Below are positions 45,101-55,200 of a stretch of DNA of 64,000 nucleotides, piece after piece. Each line of letters begins with the position of its first letter. Position 1 is the stretch's first letter. The stretch spans positions 32,001 to 96,000 of IMG/VR virus record IMGVR_UViG_3300022552_000002; one strand, 5' to 3'. The translations under genes and the position numbers were made by a program. The notes below the pieces were generated by a model that saw only the letters and a list, made by a program, of their open reading frames with translations, made no database searches and was not told the DNA's origin. The stretch is from a virus.

Positions 45101-48100
45101 AGATGCATTCTTCGATCAGATGACATCTATCATTCGTCAATTAAGAGATCTCAATGGGACGACCATTGAATTCAAAATCGATGATGTAACAGCACAGCTT
45201 GCTCGAATGAATGTGCTTGTTCCACAACCAACAGGATATCAAGAAGGTGGTCCTATTGGTGGGACAGGCAGAGGAGATATAGTTCCTGCTCTCCTCGAGC
45301 CAGGTGAATTCATAATACCAAGAAATGTAGTTGAATCTCTTGGTGTTGGATTCTTTGAAAACTTTAGAAATCCAAAGTTTGTTAAAAAGATTGCAGCTTT
45401 GAATGGCGTTAATGAGATTCCAAAATTTAAAGATGGCGGTCTTGTAGGATATCAAAATGGTGGTGCAGTTGAATTTACTTCTGCCGAAGTATCAAATGCG
45501 TTCAATGCAATAGAATTTAGCGCAAAAGAAGTATCAGATGCATTAAATACTGTAGAGTTTTCTGCCAAAGAAGTAAATGAAGCGCTTTATGGAATTCAAT
45601 TTTCTGCCAAAGAAGTAGCAGATGCATTAAATTCAATAGAATTTACTGAAGAAGAAATAATAAATGCAATGGATTTGGAAAAAGCTATAGCGGCTTTACC
45701 AATGGGTGATGTTGATATTGATTTGGAAAAAGCTATAGCGGCTTTACCAATGGGTGATGTTGATATTGATTTGGAAAAAGCTATAGCGGCTTTACCAATG
45801 GGTGATGTTGATATTATAGAAAAAGAAAGAGCAGAATTGATTTCTAAATTGAGAGAAATGAATGCTGCTGGTGTTGATACAGCTGAAGAAATCAATCTAA
45901 GTGTCAGATTATTAAGAGGATGGGTTGAAAGATTAGAAGCAGAACCAATAGAAATGACAAAAGCAGTTGAAGAAGGATTTACTAATGTAGCTATGTCTAC
46001 GGATTTAGCTTCTATTGTTGAAGAAGGATTTGCTAATATTGTAATAGACGAACCAAATAATGATAGGCAACAATTGTTAGCAACATTAGCTGAATTAAGT
46101 CCTTCACAAGCTAAAACAGCTGAAGAATTAAATATAAGCAATAATCTTCTTGAAGCAGCAATTAAAGGACTCGAAAAAATAGCAGAAAAAGAAAGAATTA
46201 TAGCAGAAGCAGGTTTAGGAAAAGAAGCCGATATTGGTCCTGAGAGAACAGAACAACTTCTTGATCTTCCTATTGAAGAACTTAAAACAGCAATGAAAGA
46301 ATATGTGGAATTTCGAAAATCCATATTAGAAAAAGAAAAACTTTTAGCAGAAGCAGGTTTTAAAGAATTTGGTCCTGGTAAAAAAGAAGAGTTAATCGAC
46401 TTACCTATTGATGAGCTTGAAACTTTATTAAAAGAATACAAAAAAATACCATTATATGTAGAAGAAGGAGTAGAAATAGGAATAGGAGCACAACAAGATA
46501 TAAAAATTAATTTTATTTATGAAGAAGAATTAGAAAAACTTAGATTAGAGTTAATGTCTCTTGATCAAACAAGAATCGAATTGTCATTTAATGCTACTGG
46601 ATTAGATCAAATCAAAATCGATGTCAGAGGTATAGCTGAAGAAGTTCCTGGTAGCAAAAGAGCTGGCTTCCAAACAGGTGGTCCTGTTCCTGGTATTGGT
46701 TCTGGAGATATAGTTCCAGCACTCCTAGAGCCAGGTGAGTTTGTTATACGCAAAGATATAGTAGATAAGCTTGGAATATCTTTCTTCAAAGATTTGAATA
46801 GATTTAAAGCTGGTGGCGTTGTTGGAATGCAGGCAGGAAGTCCTGGTAGTCCAATAACAACAGGTAATGTTCGCGGTTCTTTTGAATTACCAGCAATGGA
46901 ACCATTTGTTGAACAAGTAAAAGTTGTTCGTGAAGAATTTGATAAAATTGCAGAAGATACAAAAGAAATTGCAAAAAATGTTGATAATGCGGAATTTGAA
47001 AAGATAACAAAAGAATTAGAAAATATAAAATCTCTTAATGTAGGTTTTGTTGAAAAATTGAGAGAAGCAGCAAAGTTATCTGGTAAAAAAATTGATGTTT
47101 CTAAATGGGGCGAACTCACCCAATATGCTAAAGAACTTGGTATTGATCCAATTATCATTACTCAAATGGGACAACTTGGTACTGAAACTGATTCTACTGG
47201 TCAAATAATTAATAAGCTGCAACAAGAATCTGGTGGATATTTCTCTCAAATAAAAGAAATTATAAAAGGTGTTGGAAGTGGTGCAATTCCTGTTGGTAGA
47301 GCAATAACAGGTGTTCGTGCAGTTATTGGTAAATTCCAATCTGAAGTTTCAAATGCAAATAAAGAAGTTGTTGAATTTACTGAAGCATTACTCAATGCAT
47401 TCGGTCCAAAGATTAGAAAAGCAATTCAATCTATTGTTAAAACATTCCAAGATGTTTTCGGAAGAATACTTCCTGGTTTATTTGGTGGTTTCTTAGATTC
47501 ATTTATCGATACTCAAGTTGGTATAGTTGCAGCTGCCAATGAAGCAGCTGAACAAACAGCTGATGCTTATTACGATGCTCGTGCAGATTTAGTTGAATCT
47601 TTGAAACGTAATGAAATTTCTTATTTCGACTACTTCAATAGTCTTGAAGATCTAAATAAAGATACTGCTGATAATATGGCAGATGCAGCTATTCAAGCTG
47701 AACAAGATAGAGTAGAAGCTGTTGGTGATGCAATCGTTGGATTGACTAGCACAATACTAGATGAAGTAGGCAAATGGGTAGATGGTTTTAGCGATTTCTT
47801 TGGAAACATAATTGATGGTTTCGTTGATATAGGCGTGGGCGTAGCCGATTCACTAGATGAAGTTGGAGCATTAATAGGCAATATTATAGAAATGGGAATT
47901 GGCGCTCTTGGTGCAGCTGGTGGTGGAGGCATAGCAGCTGCCATTGGTGGTGTAGCCGGTACTGCATTGGCTCCTGGTGTTGGTACAGCTATTGGTGCTG
48001 GTGCTGGTGTTGCTATTGGATCTATTGTTGGTGGAGCTGTTGGATCTATATTTAAAACAGCTATTCCAATTGTAGGCGATATACTCAAAGCGTTTGAGCA

Positions 48101-50399
48101 AATGGCTTCGGCTGCGATCAAAGGTGTTCTTGATATTATTCCTTATATTGTTGAACTTGGTGCAATGACAGAAGATGAATTCAATGCATTAGTTGGATAT
48201 ACAAACAAAGCTAATGAACACATTAAGGGTGTTCTCGAGCTTCTTCCTGGTGATATTGAAACATTCACAAATCAATTCGCTGAAAGACTTCCTATTATAG
48301 TAAAGAAGTTTGAAGAGCTTCTTCCAGATATTATTACTGCTCTTGTTGGTGGTGTGAATAGTGCAGAGAAAATGCTTGAAGGAGCAATACCAACTGTATT
48401 CAGAATAATCACAGATCAACTTGATAATATTATTGCTTTGGCAATTCCACAAATGCTTCGTTTCTTTAATTCTATTCTTGATTCACTTCCAAGTTTATTC
48501 ACTAGTATTTTCACTTCAATAATAAACAGTGCTAAGAATTTATTTAGTGGAAATAAACTTACTGTTTTGTTCCAAAATATAGTCGATACAATTACAGAAG
48601 TTTTTACTTCTTTTGCTAAAGATTTTGTGCGTCCATTGGCAGATTCATTAAAAGAAAATATGCCATCATTGATTTTAGTTATGACAGAAACATTAGTTGA
48701 AGCAATACCGATTCTTACTGATGCAATGGTTATCGTTATCAATGCTATGGCAGATGTAATAGGAGATCCTGCAATTCAAGATGCTCTAAAACGCGCAATG
48801 TTTGCTTTGTTTGGAGCGATGTTTGAAGCAATTAGAGAATTGGTTCCTGGCTTTGATGCATTCTTAGCAATTCTAGCAGCAGTAGTGTTAGTTGTTGGTA
48901 CATTAGTTGGCGCAATAGCCGTTGGATTGTTAGGAACGTTATCTTTACTTCTTTTAGTTCTTTCTCCATTAATTGTAACGCTTGGATTAGCCAATGCAAT
49001 AATCATAGTTCTTGCTGGATTGATAGTAACCGTTCTGTTGCCACCACTCACTGCACTTATTGGATTCTTCGGAATATTAGCATCTGTTATAATTGGAATC
49101 ACATTGAAACCACTGATAGATTTGTTTGGATTCTTTGGAGACGTAATAGATGCTGTTGGTAAAAAACTCAAAGACAATGAAAAAGTACAAGAAGCTATTC
49201 TTAAATTACAAGAGGCATTTGATAAACTTGGTGAAGCAGCTGGTAAATTGTTTGAAGCTCTTGGACCAGATAAAGCTGATCCAGATTTAATTGATGCTGT
49301 TGCAAATGCAATTGTATTTTTCATAGAAATACTATTACTGTTAGTTGTTCCACTTGAAATTTCAATAACAATTATGACTCAGATGATAGATGTAATGACA
49401 AATGTTATAGATAGCTTAGGAAAACTTTTCCATATATTTAAACTGATAGATCAAATATTAGTTGGAGAAAGTGTTGTTCCGTCTTTGAATTTACTATATG
49501 ACATCCTTGCGCTTGTTGATCGAGCAATCAATGAAACTGTTACATATTTAAGAAGCCTTGTGGCTGTGTTCTCGGCTCTCTTTAATCCTGTTCAGCAGAT
49601 TGAAGACATTACTAATACTGTTGCTATATACTTTAATACACTTTCAGCAGCAATGTTGAATGCTATTGATCCTGTACAACAATTAGCTGATTTAATCGAT
49701 GGTACTTTCACAACTGCAATGGATAATTTTAAAACGATTATTAATGGCATAATTGCTTTGATTCCAGAGCCAGGAGAAGTGCTCGAAGAAATAGATAATA
49801 CAACAGGAAGTAATCTTTCAACAGCTGAACAACAACTTTCTGAAGGCGATCTTGTTGGCGCTTTTGGTTCTGCAACTGGTTTGTATCATCAAGGTGGTAT
49901 ATTTACTGTTCCTTCTGATCCACAAAGTCAGACTTTCTATAGTTCGCTTGGTTTGGCGTCTAACGAAGGTTTGGCTCTTCTCATGGACAAGGAAGGTATA
50001 CTCACAGAAAGAGGCGTAGAAGCAATAGGTGGAGCTTCTGTGCTTGCTCAATTGAACCAGGGACAGAATCCATTCACTCAAGAAGCAGCTGTTCAAGCTA
50101 GTGTAGCGTCTGCTTACGATACTGAAGAAGAAGCTGTTTCATTTAATGTTGGTACAATAGATGCTGGAACAGAACCAATTGGAAGCGTTGGCAAAGCATC
50201 AAGTAGTGATTCTGTTAGTCAAGAAACCAATATAGAAGTAAACATTGATATGTCTAATTCAAACTATCAAAGTGAAACTGTAGCCCAGGACGTTGAAGAA
50301 CAAATCGTTGGTTCTATGCAGAATCAAGAAGGAGCGATGTTCGAAGAAATAGACACTAAGTTTGGGAATGATACAATGTCTGGAGTGAAACGTAGATAA
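39141..50399 (+). CDS. tape measure protein (TP901-type core), 3752 aa
   Basis: Follows the chaperones; FGSAGL, GIIALLHNNFIRGGESGRALR core; long helical repeats, TM segments and GG..D.VPALL.PGEF motifs. Confidence 0.92.
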   Translation: MTGGGRSITFGVNISVKELGLIKKLATELREFSTGAIEAAKGLAAINKVGGQINPANIDKAAQAFDKLNQAFQRIKTTSSTAGLGSVAKEVSQATGQMDGFTRKTSTLRSQLAEVNKEASKISTSIKSDEALRATKTQIDNTRSATNKLLSNFQKILSTRQKLSQSERDGVTVTQSVVTQANRAVESFRQLHRTTQFNIQAFSAASKNVEKLGVDADTVKNRYKKVSDVVKQLVGEIQKLAATSQQRINLEKQANAVIKSSGRIAASKQLQQAQQNLNKEKIKGIELTSQLAQIERERARAAQQRREIVATPRGAFGAGAAGADAQSKSIEAATKALDAYDNRLKASKALIEQHNQVQRTAAQVTLRTAAVRNAAAMEVRAAQNMIAQGFSQVSQKELQRAQQSRLFAQQELENAKKVLAARQQTFQQSAAASKVYDKTQKDQIRTSQALINQQQRQSGFLNKINEGFTRVIRTQLLYFASTILIFGAIAKLNASFESLVELSGRTARAFAVSRSSVLLFEERFVALQEAVETTAAVTGESINDVSEAIFQFGSAGLQAEESIAALESTMNLIQATGADVTTTTKTIAATYRLMRGQLEDVGDQTAKFARINDIIAATYRDNQVEINDFTQAMKFALPVSRQLNLNLEQTSGIIALLHNNFIRGGESGRALRVIFSRMSREMDQFSEAFGIAIDPDKPLDFLDVMEQISNRMNTGAITANQVATVFERLGLRGANAFIIMAQQFEELNGVIGKLEDTSAGAAKSMALIKRESDPGQLKVFTENMLILGRTAIEPIGFIILKVVRAINTFAEAIRDTGVEKVLGILLRLVSVLITIKVAAALASLIFGQLGISTGFMATSSIAAALAQGKLIFAMESSLIVAKKNIATMLSLSGALNVLKLAAIKTGAVLIAAFPYVAIVALIGVLVYWIYRQITAQERLIEINNERLEQIREEKKERNEQLASYDNTIAKLEDLNRAYEENRTTILETRKAISEAVKSHGELGIAAAVAGDDLGLFINKTKEQRAQIQSLLDELKKEDKEIFKQNIEIFTQNIDNAAAAYANLQDQLDRGVIQKASPRGLIQEFKITEGEIENQREKLAQYQKNARDAALEMIKLANSNGELARSFGVVINEAFSVAASMNASAENAKSFGNVLEYLERTAINLSELPLREKIDELRKTVEGLEGLRLKFLFKYDFIIPQESINEAKKKTQDAINKIKLLTKSDREIKITLLYEEEDFSINMEHVKKNADQLAEITNSAMRDATKGLDLAQYITVDDQQIVNLFEAVAENTKLIKSGFQEGSKEAVKFANNAKKIDDVRRSILSQAQFYAKNRNEIEIIERTINTLLEDRVALAEYLVVLQQRQIAVTSAYNLQLNAEIDLLQKTRNLSLNTTKNTQDRVDATREQVVATGILYRGAVANEKIARNNLKTIEDTKKGILGTIRHYLTLKEASSEVENATKERGEIYENHRKSLEGHTKSLLAQVNWTHQMKSEIEKSFDAHRKINLYGEDRVSQLRAELVHQRNIIKEEKRYLKDLISEGIILEDKEILKAKDRELRAKTAELQRKETQEIFKQNIGLLKNAQALELALASGSEMLKVSQNIALIDARLVNEMELYNKLVKRIKKEENSVYRLDRQRLVVMGRIRAEAEKRVKQVIKAFEKEVDIRNQFIEQVNTIREMNIALEESKDIKEQILISTMEEQIASKELETIQNRINVIEKERELQGFSEITRRLELNNLYNQQADIIKNRIVKEQQKLNSIREKERNLIDSVNNLYGKQLDNIGQVRDALEEAFKPLVEFDFDQRPFTAAIFASQALGKNLLEIAQLSPQQVIDELNTGLREGTVDFKIFSGHARELAEHIARIGAEERELRQIQEDIRAQEFATDLLRVKRALSVEDIEAAKKAFDKLGESAQVLDPITGKVDYDATRKNMNMLKDLANEIATAYEEAGNTTEQNLKNLQTRLNEILGDIAEVTTKIADELKNTKFADAFFDQMTSIIRQLRDLNGTTIEFKIDDVTAQLARMNVLVPQPTGYQEGGPIGGTGRGDIVPALLEPGEFIIPRNVVESLGVGFFENFRNPKFVKKIAALNGVNEIPKFKDGGLVGYQNGGAVEFTSAEVSNAFNAIEFSAKEVSDALNTVEFSAKEVNEALYGIQFSAKEVADALNSIEFTEEEIINAMDLEKAIAALPMGDVDIDLEKAIAALPMGDVDIDLEKAIAALPMGDVDIIEKERAELISKLREMNAAGVDTAEEINLSVRLLRGWVERLEAEPIEMTKAVEEGFTNVAMSTDLASIVEEGFANIVIDEPNNDRQQLLATLAELSPSQAKTAEELNISNNLLEAAIKGLEKIAEKERIIAEAGLGKEADIGPERTEQLLDLPIEELKTAMKEYVEFRKSILEKEKLLAEAGFKEFGPGKKEELIDLPIDELETLLKEYKKIPLYVEEGVEIGIGAQQDIKINFIYEEELEKLRLELMSLDQTRIELSFNATGLDQIKIDVRGIAEEVPGSKRAGFQTGGPVPGIGSGDIVPALLEPGEFVIRKDIVDKLGISFFKDLNRFKAGGVVGMQAGSPGSPITTGNVRGSFELPAMEPFVEQVKVVREEFDKIAEDTKEIAKNVDNAEFEKITKELENIKSLNVGFVEKLREAAKLSGKKIDVSKWGELTQYAKELGIDPIIITQMGQLGTETDSTGQIINKLQQESGGYFSQIKEIIKGVGSGAIPVGRAITGVRAVIGKFQSEVSNANKEVVEFTEALLNAFGPKIRKAIQSIVKTFQDVFGRILPGLFGGFLDSFIDTQVGIVAAANEAAEQTADAYYDARADLVESLKRNEISYFDYFNSLEDLNKDTADNMADAAIQAEQDRVEAVGDAIVGLTSTILDEVGKWVDGFSDFFGNIIDGFVDIGVGVADSLDEVGALIGNIIEMGIGALGAAGGGGIAAAIGGVAGTALAPGVGTAIGAGAGVAIGSIVGGAVGSIFKTAIPIVGDILKAFEQMASAAIKGVLDIIPYIVELGAMTEDEFNALVGYTNKANEHIKGVLELLPGDIETFTNQFAERLPIIVKKFEELLPDIITALVGGVNSAEKMLEGAIPTVFRIITDQLDNIIALAIPQMLRFFNSILDSLPSLFTSIFTSIINSAKNLFSGNKLTVLFQNIVDTITEVFTSFAKDFVRPLADSLKENMPSLILVMTETLVEAIPILTDAMVIVINAMADVIGDPAIQDALKRAMFALFGAMFEAIRELVPGFDAFLAILAAVVLVVGTLVGAIAVGLLGTLSLLLLVLSPLIVTLGLANAIIIVLAGLIVTVLLPPLTALIGFFGILASVIIGITLKPLIDLFGFFGDVIDAVGKKLKDNEKVQEAILKLQEAFDKLGEAAGKLFEALGPDKADPDLIDAVANAIVFFIEILLLLVVPLEISITIMTQMIDVMTNVIDSLGKLFHIFKLIDQILVGESVVPSLNLLYDILALVDRAINETVTYLRSLVAVFSALFNPVQQIEDITNTVAIYFNTLSAAMLNAIDPVQQLADLIDGTFTTAMDNFKTIINGIIALIPEPGEVLEEIDNTTGSNLSTAEQQLSEGDLVGAFGSATGLYHQGGIFTVPSDPQSQTFYSSLGLASNEGLALLMDKEGILTERGVEAIGGASVLAQLNQGQNPFTQEAAVQASVASAYDTEEEAVSFNVGTIDAGTEPIGSVGKASSSDSVSQETNIEVNIDMSNSNYQSETVAQDVEEQIVGSMQNQEGAMFEEIDTKFGNDTMSGVKRR
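45468..45671 (+). repeat. about five degenerate 42-bp (14-aa) repeats in the tape measure
   Basis: VEFTSAEVSNAFNA / IEFSAKEVSDALNT / VEFSAKEVNEALYG / IQFSAKEVADALNS / IEFTEEEIINAM. Confidence 0.85.
45672..45815 (+). repeat. perfect 3 x 48-bp tandem repeat (DLEKAIAALPMGDVDI)
   Basis: GATTTGGAAAAAGCTATAGCGGCTTTACCAATGGGTGATGTTGATATT repeated exactly three times. Confidence 0.95.
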
Positions 50400-51634
50400 T
50401 GGCACCAATTACCCCCATAAGCCCCGTGGCCGATCAAACAATTGGCGCTACCAATATGTCTATCATTATTGATTTTGACAATAACCCAGCGCTAGTTCGT
50501 GTGAACAGTATTTTAGCATGGGACGACATTTCAGGTTTTCAAAATTTCTTTACTGGTGGAGTGATTTCTTACGATAGCAAAAAACGTATTTACTTGGATA
50601 CGCCTTCTAATTTTACTAGAGATGCAGTTGTTCCTGTTCACGCAGAAGATGATAGTGTAAACGAATTAGACTATAGTTTTATTGCAGCAATAGATCAAAT
50701 GACTACAACAGATGATGCTTCTCATCCTGATATTATTGATATTGATGGAACCAACGTCTTTGTCGGTTATGAGAAAAGAGATCCAACGAGTTCTGCGTTT
50801 GGTGCTATCACTATCAACATGCGAAAACATGACCCGAATACATCTGAGGTTGAAGTTATATCTGGTCGTCTTGTTGGATATGGAACAAATCCTGTTAGCG
50901 GAAAATTAATTATGTTCATCAATATCAATGATATTATTTATGCCACAGAGGCGTTAGCTTCTGACTTACCTGTAACATTGACAGATGTTTCTGGTTTGAA
51001 TGACTATGCTCCTGTTACACCTGGCGTTGGTCTAAAAGGTCCGGTAGAAATAACACAGTTTTATTCTGTGAAATCTACAGAGACAGATATAATACGAACT
51101 ACACCTGGCGTTGGTAGGAAGTATGAGTTCGATAAAACTCCATATAAATCTGCTAATCCGGTTCCAGAGATCATTAGCGTTGATCCAATTATATTGAGGA
51201 TACCACCTCCGATATCAGAACCAGAGTTATCGGCCATCAAAGGATATTATGTAGCTAGAGTATATCTTCCTACAAATACAATAAGTGGCGGTTTCCATTA
51301 TATAGCTTTTCCAGAAGGTGCTTCATTTGTAGATTGGGAAGATGAAGGCAAACCTTTTGGTGTTGGATACATTATCATAGGCGTATATCAATTTGATGAG
51401 GAACACCAAGAAATAGAAGGCCCGCGTTCTGATGTGCTTGTAGTTCCACCATTTCTTGGTGCAGATTTGATACGTACAACGCCTGGTACTGGATTGCATT
51501 ATTCTATATCTATAACGCAGTATCATGTTGAGGTTTTAGAAGATGGCACTGATATAATAAGAACAACTCCAGGTGTTGGTAGATGGTCATCTGTATCTGT
51601 TGACGGTTTCGGTTCGAAAGGAATAGGCTCATAA
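50399..51634 (+). CDS. tail-tip region protein with DIIRTTPGVG repeats
   Basis: Coupled to the TMP; four TPGxG motifs. Confidence 0.75.
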   Translation: MAPITPISPVADQTIGATNMSIIIDFDNNPALVRVNSILAWDDISGFQNFFTGGVISYDSKKRIYLDTPSNFTRDAVVPVHAEDDSVNELDYSFIAAIDQMTTTDDASHPDIIDIDGTNVFVGYEKRDPTSSAFGAITINMRKHDPNTSEVEVISGRLVGYGTNPVSGKLIMFININDIIYATEALASDLPVTLTDVSGLNDYAPVTPGVGLKGPVEITQFYSVKSTETDIIRTTPGVGRKYEFDKTPYKSANPVPEIISVDPIILRIPPPISEPELSAIKGYYVARVYLPTNTISGGFHYIAFPEGASFVDWEDEGKPFGVGYIIIGVYQFDEEHQEIEGPRSDVLVVPPFLGADLIRTTPGTGLHYSISITQYHVEVLEDGTDIIRTTPGVGRWSSVSVDGFGSKGIGS

Positions 51635-52209
51635 ATGTCACAGCTAATCAGAATCAATGATCCAAAAAGACTGTCATTAGCCGAAGTGTACGCTCTTAGC
51701 GGGAAAGAGGCTGGTTTCTCTTTCAAGTTTAAGGGTGAGATATTTATGGATTTCATTGATGAACGAACCGGCGTATTAAAGAAGCATAAGCATATCAAGA
51801 ATACTAGAACATGGTGGTTTCGTAATCTTTTAATTAGAAATAACCAGAAAATAACTGCTTATGGAAAAGTATTTATAGCTAATGATGATGGAGATTGGCA
51901 CATTCGTAAGAATGTGGTTAGAGCACGTATGCAGATAATGGTGGTAATTATTTTGTAGACGATAATCCTATAAGAACATCATCTCCATCCACATATGTGT
52001 TTCAACTCGTTGCTCAATTCAATGCTGCTCCTGTTGGTACTGTAAAGACTATAAATGCAGTTGGAATTACTGGTGCTGCTGCCCGAATTCAAGGTAATGG
52101 TCTTTATTCTCATCATGTTATAGCAGCAACAAGATTGCCAGGAGCGGGTGAAACTCAAGATGAATACACAATCTTGAACATCACATATAAACTCACCGCA
52201 ACGGTGTGA
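51635..52209 (+). pseudogene. tail-region gene apparently split by a 1-nt frameshift near 51922
   Basis: The frame of ORF 51635 and the frame of ORF 51997 (open from 51922) join as ..KNVVR|STYADNGG.. if one A is restored. Confidence 0.55.
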
Positions 52210-52216
52210 GGTAGAA

Positions 52217-55200
52217 ATGTCTTCCAGAGTTTCAAGTGGTTATGGTTTTGCTGTTGATAGAAATGGCAATGAACATGTTAAAAGCAACTTTAGTTTTCCT
52301 GCTAAAGTGAAAGAGTTCTTGCTAAATGTGTATATGAATCATGAAACATCTATTGTTCAAAGCACTGGAAATACTTACGGTAAAGCTTTCGCGTCTCCCA
52401 TGTTCAATAGATACAATAGAAAAAGATATGAGAGTTCTGCTCTCAAGATGCATAACGCAAGTCCAATAGGAGTTTTTGATGCCGGGTGGCAAGGCGACTA
52501 TGGCGACCAGAATTTTCCATCTATAGATTATCAGAGAAATAGATTCTACATATTAAAAAGTCTTCTTGAAGCAGACAATTGTGCAGCTATAAGTAGCGTT
52601 GGAGATAATCTTTCAGGTGGTAGTTTTTGGTCACTCAATGTTGAACCATTTTTACCAGATTCATGTTATTTGAAATTCCTGTTCACAAACATCGATATTC
52701 CAGGTACAGAGATAGGACCACCATATAAGCACGAAATAGGTTCCGTGCAACTATTCGATGATGCTGGTGACACGCCTTCTAGTCAAGGTGCGATAGAGTT
52801 CAGTGGCGTGTTTGATCCACCAGAGGGATTAGAAGGCAGTCGTACACTACAAGTTTACTTTGCCACTAGCGGAGGTACTGGAACTTCTACTGGTACATCT
52901 GGAACCAATGGCGCTGTCACTACTGGAGACCCTGATAGATTCACAGATTCAACTGCTGCTGCGTTTGTTGTTGGAGATGAAGGTAAATATATCAAGATTA
53001 ACTCAGGACCAAATAGAGGAATCTATAAGATTCCAGTTGGCGGATATATAGACGCAAGTAATGTTGATACTGATTCTGTTGATATTAATCAAGGATTCAC
53101 AACAGAGTCTTCAATTGATTGGGAAATAGTCACAGGACCAATAGGAGAATACTTCCTTCGCACAAGACCGTATACACATGGTTCTATTTGGAGTAGTGGT
53201 TTTGTTGGAACAAATTCTTCATATTTGCCATTAGGAACAATGGGGCATGAGCTTGGATATAGAACACTGAATGGATTACAACAAGTTCGTAGATATATTT
53301 ACGATAGAGGTGGCAGTTGGTGGTGGATTGTTAAACACCCGACTGATGATGGTTTATATGGACTTATGCGTTGGTGCCATATGTCACCAAGTGGTATGGA
53401 TCCAGTTTATCGTAACGCTGATATTACTGGCGGGATGCCAACAGATCTATTCAATTGGTCGGACATCGCCATAGATGATGATGACAAGATTTGGGTCGGC
53501 GTTGAAGATGCAGCAACATCAACTGATAGATTATTCGAAATAGATCCATACCCAGGTGCCACACCTGACGCTTCTGCACCAGCATTGTTATCTTCATATG
53601 GAAAACAGTCTAATATTTACACCGCAGATGGATTAACTGCTGAAACAGTTCTTGGAATTTGTTGCGATGATAGCCAAGCTATTGCTGCTGGCACAAGAAT
53701 ATGGGTGTTTGGTGGCGATGATGGCTCGACAGAAGGTGAAGGTGGAATTTCCTACACCGATGACTATGGAACAACTTGGAAAAGAATTCATGTGTTACAT
53801 TCTGTGGCTGGCGAAACTCTCACTGTAGCCAATGGTAGTCCAAACGTAACAGCAGGCACAAGTCTTGATACAAAGTTCGCTGTTGGCGATTGGATCAGAT
53901 TTGGCGCTGATATACGTAGTTACGAAGTTTCTGCGCGTACTGCTACAACTATGACTCTAGCTGAGAACTATCAAGGTACTGGTGGCAGCTATAGCGTTCA
54001 GAAGGGAGCGCTTACTGCCAGTGAGTCCGTGTTATTGAATATAGGAACTTATGTAGCAGGCAGCGCCAGTTCAGATTTTACTCATCAACCTCCATGCGAC
54101 TATGACAGCGAAGGCCGTGTGTATTGGATTCCTTCAGGTCGTGACAGAGTTTGTAAGTGGGATGAATCAACTGGACAAGTAACAACTGCTATGGCTTCTG
54201 ATCTTGGTCAGACAGTTACAGTGACAGATCCTTCTACATTAAAAGTGTCAAGAGTTCCAGATATCGCTGGTTCTGGCGATAGCATTTGGCATGACAATAT
54301 CTGGATTGGTTGTTTTAATACGACCAATGGAGGATGGGTTCGTATTCAGAAGAAAAATTTTGAGTACGTTAATAATACCGCTGCTATCACTGTGTTTGCA
54401 GATGCAGGTAGTGGACAAGTTACTGTTACAAGCAATGGTCATGGTCTTCAAAATGGATGTGAGATACAGATCTCAAGTACAACAAATTACAATGGGTTCT
54501 TTGTTATAAGTAATGTAACAACTAATACATTTGAGATAACTGCTACGTGGGTTAGTAACGATGCTACAGGAACATGGTTGGTAGTTGTCACGCGCTATCA
54601 TTGGTCTACAACTACAAACTTTCCTAAATCTGTTGATCTTACGTATACCGCACAAGGTTATAAATCTGATTGGAATATTGCGGTAGAGCCCAAAACTGGA
54701 CAGATTTATTTGTTGCATGATTATGGTGCGGACGGTGTAGATACCCGTATGATTGTTGTCGCAATAAATATGGATGATGGTTCTACAATTACAGAAAGCG
54801 TTCATGTTGTTCATTCACCTGCTGCCAACAGTGGCGATCGTGCTGTGAATACAGCAAGAGCGTTTGGGGTAATAGATTTTGATGATTTTGGACTTGGTTC
54901 TATAGCGTACCTACCTTTCGGAGTTTCAGATTATATATTAAATCGTGCTTCATCTGGAATTTTCTCTCCAATTTGGGTGTGTCAACGATGGGATGGAGAT
55001 TCGTGGGAGCTTGGGCCACTCAATCAAATAAATGCTGACATCGATTTCGATGGAACTCCGAAGGTTGAAAATCTTCCTACGGTTGGTAACGGTTTACGTC
55101 GCGTCCATGATTGGGAAGAAGAACTTTGGGCTGGAGTATATGTAAAGTTTGAACAAAAAGGCGCTGCTACTCCACAAGCTAGCGAATACATCGAAGATGA

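Noticed and set aside
45672-45815. Possible CRISPR array
   Set aside because: The units are head-to-tail with no spacers and are in frame within the TMP. No cas genes are present.
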